Shown here: positions 57,097 through 64,000 of the stretch, one piece after another
Layout: every line of letters begins with the position of its first letter
Position numbering within the stretch: the first letter of the stretch is position 1
DNA from: Candidatus Omnitrophota bacterium
GTDB taxonomy: Bacteria > Omnitrophota > Gorgyraeia > Gygaellales > Profunditerraquicolaceae
Assembly: GCA_026387355.1 (NCBI GenBank)
Contig: JAPLLW010000006.1
Location: 23,362 to 87,361 of the forward strand
Reading direction: 5' to 3'
Length of the DNA stretch: 64,000 nucleotides
The notes under the pieces: generated by a model
Database searches by the model: none
Told to the model about the DNA's origin: nothing
What the model saw: only the letters and a program-made list of their open reading frames with translations
Made by a program: the position numbers and the translations under genes

Positions 57097-57696
57097 GTGA
57101 TAATGTCTTATGAAGTACCAATGAGCAGGATCGATGAGATGGCTGATGTGTCTGCAGAGGCATTCATTGCTAATAATGATCCTATTGGGAACTTTATGTT
57201 TCAGAACGAGCCGAATAATCTCATTCTGAAGAGGCGGTTCTTCCGTTCCCTTGTAACGTCTTGCTCACCAAAGGCTGTAAGGCATGGGATTTCTCCTGCC
57301 CTGGAGGCGGTGAGCATCTGGTTTCCACCGGGAATGGATCACGCAGGAGATGTGGATGTGGATCCATTCAGTGCGCAAGATTTCGTGAACGAGGAAACCA
57401 TGAAAAAGATGCAGGCAATCAACGAGACCATTGCCGTATTGACCGCGCACCTTGGCCAGGAGCCGCAGTGGTACCTGCACTTGGTGGCTGTGCGCGCACA
57501 GTTTAGGGGCCAAGGGTACTCTTCGCAACTGATTAGGCCCATGTTGGCTAGAGCCGGGAGCGAAGGTCTTCCTTGTACTTTGATAACGCAGAGCATGGAG
57601 AATGTTCGAAAGTACGAGCATTGGGGTTTTAAGTTGGTGAAGGAGATGCAAGTTCCTTGTTCTCAGGAAAAGTTCTACTCTATGCGCAAGGACTAA
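57097..57696 (+). CDS. GNAT-family N-acetyltransferase
   Basis: Motif A VRAQFRGQGYSSQLIRPML; locally high GC (55-62%), which is why several shadow ORFs appear on both strands. Confidence 0.65.
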   Translation: MIMSYEVPMSRIDEMADVSAEAFIANNDPIGNFMFQNEPNNLILKRRFFRSLVTSCSPKAVRHGISPALEAVSIWFPPGMDHAGDVDVDPFSAQDFVNEETMKKMQAINETIAVLTAHLGQEPQWYLHLVAVRAQFRGQGYSSQLIRPMLARAGSEGLPCTLITQSMENVRKYEHWGFKLVKEMQVPCSQEKFYSMRKD

Positions 57697-57819
57697 TCGC
57701 AGTGTTCACTGTTCAAGCATTTAATAGAGAGAAGAGTTTCCATGGCGATAAAAAATTAAAAATATTTATATAAGACAATAAGATAGTCGAGGTAAAACAC
57801 AAAATTTGCAGGAGGAAAG

Positions 57820-58827
57820 ATGGGAATAAGCAGAAAATTGTTAAAATGCGCGGTGATGGTTTTTTTGGCTATTTCTTTAGCTTATGCCGAAGATAGTAAA
57901 GCTATCTACGATGAGTTAAACAATCAATTTGGTTCTCAGTCTCAGGCTTTTACGGAAGGACCTAATATAAAGTGTCCCCCTACCGTTCGTATTGCTTTTA
58001 AGGCCGTTGATGCGGAATCGGGAAGCCCTATTCCCGTATTTAGAGTAACCAAGGGAGATTATAGTTTTTGTTCCGATAGTGGAGAGTTAGAAAACGGGAT
58101 ATATTATGCATATGAATCTAAGGATGCTTTATACAAATTGTTTGTGAAAGCTGAAAACTATGAGCTAGGGTTCTTTGAATTTGATTTTAGAAAACTTGAT
58201 GATAAAGCTAAAACTAATCTAATTAAGGGTACTATCGAGCCGTTTACAATTAAGTTATCCCCTGCTAAAGGATTAGTGCGAGGGCGCGTGCTCGAAGCTG
58301 TCACTATGAAACCGCTAAGGAATGTCTCTGTTTCGCCATTAGGCGGCGGCGTGCGTAATGATGTGAGTGATATATCAGAAGCAGGAGGGATGATAGTGGT
58401 TACTGCTAGTGACGGTTCTTTTCAGATTGAAAATTTACGGCTTAAGCCCGTAAACCAGTCTACGCGTTTGTGTTTTACTCTTGAAGGTTATGTGAACAAA
58501 GAGGTAAACATCAAGCGGTCGGCTTGGAAGGAAAATGTAGGAGATATTCTTTTATTAAGATTTGCTAATCTCAGTGGCGTGCTTTTAGATAAGAATAAGC
58601 AGCCTGTCGTTGGAGGGGTGGTATATTTATTGACTCCAAAAGAATTCAAAACTAGGGATACAAGTAAATTAACGGAAAGGGTGAATGCTGGCAAGCAGGG
58701 TGATTTTATATTCGAGAAGATTATTCCAGGGGACTATATTATCTTGTATGGGAGCTCAGAATCAGATATTCAGCGATTAAGCTTTGGTTCGGCAGAAAAT
58801 AAGGTTCTTAGATTAATGCAGCATTAA
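57820..58827 (+). CDS. Secreted protein with two carboxypeptidase-regulatory-like (CarboxypepD_reg, transthyretin-like) beta-sandwich domains
   Basis: Signal peptide; GRVLEAVTMKPLRNVSV...DGSFQIENL and GGVVYLL...GDFIFEKIIPGDYIIL are typical of CarbopepD_reg folds. Confidence 0.55.
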   Translation: MGISRKLLKCAVMVFLAISLAYAEDSKAIYDELNNQFGSQSQAFTEGPNIKCPPTVRIAFKAVDAESGSPIPVFRVTKGDYSFCSDSGELENGIYYAYESKDALYKLFVKAENYELGFFEFDFRKLDDKAKTNLIKGTIEPFTIKLSPAKGLVRGRVLEAVTMKPLRNVSVSPLGGGVRNDVSDISEAGGMIVVTASDGSFQIENLRLKPVNQSTRLCFTLEGYVNKEVNIKRSAWKENVGDILLLRFANLSGVLLDKNKQPVVGGVVYLLTPKEFKTRDTSKLTERVNAGKQGDFIFEKIIPGDYIILYGSSESDIQRLSFGSAENKVLRLMQH

Positions 58828-58937
58828 ATGAGTTTAGAGCTTTTGGCGCTCAGAAATAAATTATTTCACAAATTAAGAGTTTTTTCTTTAGTTGGTAGGA
58901 GAGGGAATTTAATTTAAGTTAAAAAAACGGAGGCGGT

Positions 58938-59831
58938 ATGAAGAAGTTTTTTTTGGTTTTCTGTTTATTGTTCTTTTCTGTGATGAATCTTTTTTCGGGT
59001 GAGACGGGAAAAATATCAGGATATCCATCAATCTACCAATATAAAGAGACACAGAATCTTGTTTCTTTAGTAAGGGATGCGGCTGTTCTTATTAAAAATC
59101 AGGGTGAAGCTGTTTTTCCTGAGTTTGAAAAAGAGGGGAGCAAATGGCGGCATGGGGATACATATATTTTTATATTGGATAGCGAAGGCGATATGATTTT
59201 GCATCCTGATTCTGCATTAGAGGGGAAGAAGCAGATCGAGCTTAAAGATGTCAACAATAAGCTCATAATAAAAGGTTTTATCAAAGAAACTGCAAACAAA
59301 AATGGGGAAGGGTGGTTTCATTATCAGTGGCCTGAACCCGGCAGTATTCTCCCTCTATGGAAGAGCTCTTTTGTAAAGCTTGTTATTGCGCCTTCGGGTA
59401 AAAGATATATCGTTGGCAGCGGATTATATAACATGAGAATGGAAAAAGAGTTTATCGTTGCGGTTGTAAACTCTGCTGTGTTATTAATCGAAAAAGAAGG
59501 AAGGCGGGCGTTTTCGAAGATTCGCGACAAAGCTGGTCCGTTTTCATTTTTGGATACATATGTTTTTATAGATAGCCCTGATGGCGTTGAGTTGGTAAAC
59601 GGCTCTTTTTTGAATATAGAAGGCAGAAATTTAATAGATTATAAAGATAGCAACGGAAAATATCTTGTCCGCGATTATATTAACATAGCTTTGACCAAGG
59701 GGGCAGGGTGGTTAGATTATCTTTGGCCTAAACCCGGGCAGTCTATTCCTTCAAAGAAACATACATATGTTAGGAAGGCAAAATACGGCGATGAAATATT
59801 TATAGTAGGGTCTGGGGCGTATTTAGAGTAA
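58938..59831 (+). CDS. Secreted protein with tandem single-Cache (sCache_2-like) ligand-binding domains and no output domain
   Basis: Signal peptide; two repeats of a Cache-type pattern (YIFILDSEGDMILHP...GWFHYQWPEPGS and YVFIDSPDGVELVNG...GWLDYLWPKPGQ). Confidence 0.6.
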   Translation: MKKFFLVFCLLFFSVMNLFSGETGKISGYPSIYQYKETQNLVSLVRDAAVLIKNQGEAVFPEFEKEGSKWRHGDTYIFILDSEGDMILHPDSALEGKKQIELKDVNNKLIIKGFIKETANKNGEGWFHYQWPEPGSILPLWKSSFVKLVIAPSGKRYIVGSGLYNMRMEKEFIVAVVNSAVLLIEKEGRRAFSKIRDKAGPFSFLDTYVFIDSPDGVELVNGSFLNIEGRNLIDYKDSNGKYLVRDYINIALTKGAGWLDYLWPKPGQSIPSKKHTYVRKAKYGDEIFIVGSGAYLE

Positions 59832-60024
59832 TTTTGAGCTTGTTTATACCCATAAAGCCGCTGTAGCATTATCTGATATAGCGAGAGGCTTCTTCTCATG
59901 TTATATATATAGGTAAGATCGTGGCCTATATTAATTTTTGTTCGACAGTTAAATACAAGCGTGTATAATGTGCCTATTGATGAGTTTTTATCTAGTTTGT
60001 TCAGTTTGTTATCAAGGGAGGGGA

Positions 60025-60183
60025 GATGAAAAATAGCAAAGTAATCGGGTTACTGTTGCTGACTTTGGCGATTTTTACAATCGTGGGCATGGTGATTAAT
60101 AATAGTGTTTATTGGAGTATCTATAATTACGCAACAATAATATTTTCTCTGCTTGGTGGCTTTGTTCTATTAAAGCAAAAATA
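60025..60183 (+). CDS. Hypothetical small membrane protein (about 52 aa, two hydrophobic helices)
   Basis: Strong RBS AGGGAGGGGAG just upstream of the ATG; it is missing from the ORF track only because of the size cut-off; coordinates are approximate to within 1 nt. Confidence 0.3.
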
Positions 60184-60746
60184 AGGGTTTGTGAATATCG
60201 AAAAGTAAGTTTATTGTCTAAAAAATAAGTAGTAGATGGGTGATAATACAATTTTATACGCTTTTGCCATTTCTACGCCGGTAGCTATCCTATAAACTTG
60301 CTTAACTTTGCTTAATAACTCTTACGGCTTAAAATAGATTTACTATACAATTATCCGCACCCGCACCTTTAAATATCACTAAAACTATTCAAAAACTCTC
60401 CAATAGTGTATCTGTTTTGGGTAAGTTTTGTAACAATGTTTGAAATTGAGAAGCCGCGCTTGTTTAAAAAAAATCAGTTTCTGGTTAGGGGTTACATTTA
60501 TTAAGGAGAGAGCTAAGCCTTGTTAAAATAACAAGTTCTGTTCAGTTATTGAATTGAAAGTTGTTTTATTCCGGAGAGTGAGTTGAGGATATTCAGATAA
60601 ATAAGTAGAAGAAGGGAGGGCATTTAGCAGAGATTGATATTTGAGGTGGATACATTCGGTAAATGCGACAATAAAGGATGAAAAGGTTGAGTACGTTTTA
60701 ATAATTAAGTGTTTAATATCCGCTTTTTTTTGTTTAATAAAATATG

Positions 60747-60775
60747 TTGACAAGATTTTTTTTTATTGATATAGT
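60747..60775 (+). promoter_or_regulatory. Sigma70-like promoter (TTGACA-17-TATAGT) about 50 nt upstream of the two-partner secretion (TPS) operon's first gene
   Basis: TTGACA at 60747-60752 and TATAGT at 60770-60775, at the end of a 640-bp AT-rich non-coding leader. Confidence 0.4.
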
Positions 60776-60826
60776 ACATCTAACTTTGTTTTCATATATT
60801 TTTATTATTAAACACTTTATAAATAA

Positions 60827-61615
60827 GTGAATATTAAAGAAAACTCTTTTCAAAAAGTTCTTATAAGGAAAACCCCGAAGATTCTTTTAATCCTCAGTTG
60901 CATTCTTTTTCTTACATCAATAAAACCCGATACTTTAGTTTTTTCTGCAAGCAATAACGAAGCTGTCTTAGCCAGAGAACAAGCAACTTTTGCTAAAAAA
61001 CAACAAGCTGAGCAGGTGCACCAACAGAAAATAGCTGCGCAAAAAGTCGCAGCTGAGCAGAAAAAGCAAGAAGCCTTTGCTAAGGAAGAACAGTTAAGAC
61101 GGAAAAAAGAACAAGAGCTTGCGAAAAATAAAGCCGCAGCTGATGCCAAAAAGCAAGCTGCCCTTGCAGAAAAAGAACAAAGAAATCAAGAAGCGCTTGC
61201 TAAAAAAGAACAAGCTGAGCAAGTGCGCCAACAGAAAATAGCTGAAGAAAAAAGTGCAGCTGATGCCAAAAAGCAGGCTGCCCTTGCAGAAAAAGAACAA
61301 AGAAATCAAGAGACGCTTGCTAAAAAAGAACAATTGAAGCAGGAGAAGGAAGAAAAGCTTACTGCGCAAAAAGCCGCAGCTGATCAGAAAAAGCAGGAAG
61401 CACTTGCTAAAAAACAACAAGCTGAGCAAGTGCGCCAACAGAAAATAGCAAAACAAAAAGCCGTAGAAAAGCAGAAAAAGCAAGAAGCCTTTGTTAAGGA
61501 AGAACAGTTAAAGCGGAAAAAAGAACAAGAGCTTGCGAAAAATAAAGCCGCAGCCAAACAGAAAGAGCAGAAAGCTTTAATGAAAAGTAAGTTAAAAAAT
61601 AAGCAGGATAAATGA
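60827..61615 (+). CDS. Secreted, highly charged K/E/Q/A-rich repetitive coiled-coil protein (TolA-like low-complexity), translationally coupled to tpsB
   Basis: GTG start; signal/TM MNIKENSFQKVLIRKTPKILLILSCILFLTS; then about 220 aa of (A/E)KKQ(Q/A)AEQVRQQKIA-type repeats; its stop overlaps the tpsB start (ATGA). Confidence 0.6.
   Translation: MNIKENSFQKVLIRKTPKILLILSCILFLTSIKPDTLVFSASNNEAVLAREQATFAKKQQAEQVHQQKIAAQKVAAEQKKQEAFAKEEQLRRKKEQELAKNKAAADAKKQAALAEKEQRNQEALAKKEQAEQVRQQKIAEEKSAADAKKQAALAEKEQRNQETLAKKEQLKQEKEEKLTAQKAAADQKKQEALAKKQQAEQVRQQKIAKQKAVEKQKKQEAFVKEEQLKRKKEQELAKNKAAAKQKEQKALMKSKLKNKQDK
61136..61450 (+). repeat. 120-bp (40-aa) tandem coding repeats within the coiled-coil gene, nested inside a roughly 160-bp outer repeat pair (about 60980-61140 and 61400-61555)
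   Basis: The units GCAGCTGATGCCAAAAAGCA(A/G)GCTGCCCTTGCAGAAAAAGAACAAAGAAATCAAGA... at 61136 and 61256 are nearly identical; seen directly. Confidence 0.75.
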
Positions 61616-63528
61616 AGACCCCAAAATTTAATAAAATAGTATTTATATTAGTATTAATTAATACCTTTATATTAGGAGGTGTTGCAGCGCATGCGCAGTC
61701 GCCTTCAGTGCAAAAAATGAAAGATGAAGCGGCGCGTGAGCAGGCCTCTAGGGTACAAGAAATGAAAGAAGAAATAACTGCATTGCGCCAGAGAGTAAAT
61801 CAACTGGAAAAAGTCGTAACTGATCAGTCAAGTTCCCCTGCCCAGCAGAATTTAGTTGAAAAAGTAAACCAATTAGAGAAAACCATAGCTGATCAGGCAG
61901 AGCTTATTGCCCAACAGAAACAGGTATTAGATAAAATAATGGAAATTCCGGCAGTAAAAACCGCGCTCACTCCTCCTGAGCCAAAAACACTTGTCAAGGC
62001 CTTTGTTCTGGACGGAGTTAATTTATTCCAGCCCAAGCAGCTTGAGCCTATTCTTAAAAAATATAAGGATCAGGAATTAGGAATGAGCGACTTGAAGAAA
62101 ATCAGCGATGAAATCGGCGCATTCTATCGCAGTAAAGGTTATGTCTCAAGCATAGCTTATCTTCCCACCCAGGAGATTACTAACAATACCGTAGAATTTA
62201 AGGTGGTAGAAGGCCGCGTTGGAGACATCGAGGTTGAAAAACCAAAACACAGCAAGCGTTCCACAGTTGAAAAGAGATTCTTGGTAAAGAAGGGCGAAAT
62301 GATGAATTCTCAGAAGATAGAAGACAGCCTTGAACGTATCAACAAGAATCCAGATAGAACTATGCGCGCGGTGTTGACCCCCGGCAAAACTCCGGGAACT
62401 ACCGATATCTTATTAAAGGTAGAAAAAGAACGAACGCCGAACCATTTTTATGCTGATTTTAATAATCGCGGAACAAATGCTACTAATGAATTACGTTGGG
62501 GTTTAGGGTATATGAATACCAATCTTTTGGGTTTGGATGATATTTTCTCGGCGAAATTTATGGCCAGCCCTACCACTACCGATGTTTACAGCTTTAGCGG
62601 TGATTATAATTTACCGATAAATCGCTTTGATACCCGTATAGGCCTTTCCGCTGCTTTTGCCAAAGCTGATATCAACGGACAATTTGCGATTATTAGCCCT
62701 GAAGGTAAAGCTCACGCTTTAAGTCTTTACGTAACTCATCCACTCTTTAAAAAGGAATTTGTAGATGAAGAATCCACTGGCAGTCTTACTCTAGCAAGTA
62801 ATCTTACCGGAGGGTTTGATTCCATCGACGTGCATAACGAGGTTTTGGGTAATGAAACCAGTCATGATAAAATCAGCGCTTTTAAGGGAGGTATTAATTT
62901 TGACGAAAAAGACAGTATGGGCCGCGGTAGTTTTTCCGCAGAAGTCCGCGCTGGTATTCCTGATTTCCTAGGGTCGATGTCTAGATATGATGTTACTTCC
63001 AGCCGGGCTACTTCCGAGGCCGGCGGCGAATTCCAGAAATATAATTTGTTCTTAAACAGGATTACCTACCTGCCGTTTAATTCCGTATTTTTAAATACCT
63101 TTAGATTCCAATTTACTTCGGATCCTTTGGTTACTCCAGAACAGATGGCGATTGGTGGAGCTGATAGCGTTAGAGGTTTTCCGGAAAATGACTACCTTGC
63201 TGATTACGGCTGGATTGCGAATCTAGAATTAAGAAGCCCGGCATTTCTTATCCCGCCTACACTAAGGGTTCCTTTTGATAAAAAACGTACACGCTTAATG
63301 GACGCTATTCAATTTGTTTATTTTCTTGATGCAGGCGAAGGGCACCTTAATAATGCTGTGGTAGGGGAGATATCTAAAGCGTTTCTAGTTGGTACGGGTT
63401 TTGGTTTTCGTTTTGATTTGTATGAGCATTTGCGCGGTAGGGTAGATGTCGGCTTTCCGGTAGGGGGCGACAAACCAAGCGATGGTGCACCATGCAGGGT
63501 GCACTTTGGCTTGCAGTATGAATGGTAA
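61612..63528 (+). CDS. tpsB: Two-partner secretion outer-membrane transporter TpsB (ShlB/FhaC/HecB family) with a roughly 100-aa N-terminal coiled-coil extension
   Basis: Signal peptide, a coiled-coil segment, a POTRA region (VKAFVLDGVNLF...FYRSKGYVSSIAY...VVEGRVGDIEV), then a ShlB-type 16-strand barrel with a C-terminal aromatic-rich end (...FGLQYEW). Confidence 0.85.
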   Translation: MKTPKFNKIVFILVLINTFILGGVAAHAQSPSVQKMKDEAAREQASRVQEMKEEITALRQRVNQLEKVVTDQSSSPAQQNLVEKVNQLEKTIADQAELIAQQKQVLDKIMEIPAVKTALTPPEPKTLVKAFVLDGVNLFQPKQLEPILKKYKDQELGMSDLKKISDEIGAFYRSKGYVSSIAYLPTQEITNNTVEFKVVEGRVGDIEVEKPKHSKRSTVEKRFLVKKGEMMNSQKIEDSLERINKNPDRTMRAVLTPGKTPGTTDILLKVEKERTPNHFYADFNNRGTNATNELRWGLGYMNTNLLGLDDIFSAKFMASPTTTDVYSFSGDYNLPINRFDTRIGLSAAFAKADINGQFAIISPEGKAHALSLYVTHPLFKKEFVDEESTGSLTLASNLTGGFDSIDVHNEVLGNETSHDKISAFKGGINFDEKDSMGRGSFSAEVRAGIPDFLGSMSRYDVTSSRATSEAGGEFQKYNLFLNRITYLPFNSVFLNTFRFQFTSDPLVTPEQMAIGGADSVRGFPENDYLADYGWIANLELRSPAFLIPPTLRVPFDKKRTRLMDAIQFVYFLDAGEGHLNNAVVGEISKAFLVGTGFGFRFDLYEHLRGRVDVGFPVGGDKPSDGAPCRVHFGLQYEW

Positions 63529-63584
63529 TATAATAGCAGCGCTATATATAGGTAAGACGCATGAATAATATAGGAGAAATAAAA

Positions 63585-64000
63585 ATGGAAGATAAAAAGT
63601 TTAAGCAAATAAATCTGCTTACTTTCTATCCAATATTTGTATTATTAATTATCGGTCTGGTAGTTTATCCTCTTCCGGTAGCTTCCGGAGACGACCTCCC
63701 TGTAGGCCCGCAAGTTCAAGCTGGTGCTCCTACGATTACCACCGCAGGTAATGACATGACGGTTAATGCCAATCAATTTGATAAGACTTGGATTGACTGG
63801 CAGAGCTTTAATATCGGGGCACAAAACTCCGTAAACAATATCGGTCCTTCATCCAGCGCAGTTATTTTACACAATGACGTCAGCGGGGCAATTTCAAACA
63901 TTCAAGGCGCCTTAAATGGCAATTGTAACGTCTTCCTTTTAAATCCTAGCGGTATTCTTTTTGGTTCCGGTGCGCAGGTTAATGTCGGTGGCATGGTTGT
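63585..64000 (+). CDS. tpsA: TpsA exoprotein, N-terminal TPS (haemagglutination activity) secretion domain; partial, continues beyond the window
   Basis: RBS TAGGAGAAAT; the TPS-domain consensus is visible (ITTAGNDMTVNANQFDKTWIDWQSFNIGAQNSV...NGNCNVFLLNPSGILFGSGAQVNVGG). Confidence 0.8.
   Translation, partial: MEDKKFKQINLLTFYPIFVLLIIGLVVYPLPVASGDDLPVGPQVQAGAPTITTAGNDMTVNANQFDKTWIDWQSFNIGAQNSVNNIGPSSSAVILHNDVSGAISNIQGALNGNCNVFLLNPSGILFGSGAQVNVGGMV

Noticed and set aside
57261-57651. Three overlapping ORFs on both strands (57261-57506 +, 57265-57651 -, 57339-57596 -) inside the 199-aa GNAT gene
   Set aside because: These are shadow ORFs produced by the locally high GC content; the + strand GNAT frame at 57097-57696 has clear acetyl-CoA-binding motifs, while the others lack any recognisable domain.
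61094-61483. 129-aa antisense ORF (and 60850-61149 -) within the coiled-coil repeat gene
   Set aside because: Low-complexity, Lys/Glu-codon-rich DNA gives long open antisense frames (F/L/S-rich). The sense frame has a signal peptide, a GTG start preceded by a promoter, and translational coupling to tpsB.

Overview
This 64 kb window looks like a contiguous chromosomal segment of an AT-rich (about 38% GC, by eye) diderm bacterium. LolCD-, MlaEFD- and LptFG-like genes indicate an outer membrane. The genome is tightly packed: start and stop codons commonly overlap, and almost all genes sit on the + strand. The organism appears to be an uncultivated lineage (candidate-phylum-like); I cannot name it from sequence alone.

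Most of the window (6.2-32.5 kb and 37.8-50.6 kb) is core housekeeping:
- lysS, a single-permease LolCD-like pair, and ilvE.
- mcsA-mcsB-clpC, mlaEFD, radA, a PIN/TRAM (YacL-like) gene, ispDF, cysE and cysS.
- tmk, holB, a PSP1/RicT gene, metG and tatD.
- A DUF362/4Fe-4S gene, mtnA, thiL, tsaEB and alr.
- pyrE, smpB followed by tmRNA, an amidase, murI, and queDCEF.
- Class I fumarate hydratase alpha and beta subunits, rph and rdgB.

I identified four tRNAs: Leu-CAG on the minus strand, then Pro-TGG, Arg-TCT and His-GTG. The last three, plus a degenerate tRNA-His 5' fragment, cluster at 50.6-53.3 kb, around a small HNH-endonuclease cassette.

Downstream of tRNA-His the content turns accessory:
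- A pair of bacterial-PH-domain (bPH_2) membrane proteins.
- A roughly 3 kb GC-rich island (50-60% GC) encoding a prolyl-aminopeptidase-family hydrolase, a transglutaminase-like protein and two GNAT acetyltransferases.
- Secreted CarboxypepD_reg-like and tandem-Cache proteins.
- A long AT-rich leader, then a three-gene two-partner secretion locus: a K/E/Q/A-rich repetitive coiled-coil protein, a TpsB (ShlB/FhaC-family) transporter, and the start of a TpsA with a haemagglutination-activity (TPS) domain, which runs off the window.

Other oddities are listed as findings:
- A 31-nt near-identical tandem-repeat sequence embedded in frame in two unrelated genes (queC and the fumarate hydratase alpha subunit).
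- An in-frame Maf-M48 lipoprotein fusion.
- An HtpX-like protease with an EF-hand insertion.
- A frameshifted polysaccharide deacetylase next to an ArnT-like glycosyltransferase.
- tRNA-associated repeat scars.
- Two consensus sigma70 promoters placed for leaderless mRNAs.

No rRNA, CRISPR array, transposase or integrase was seen.
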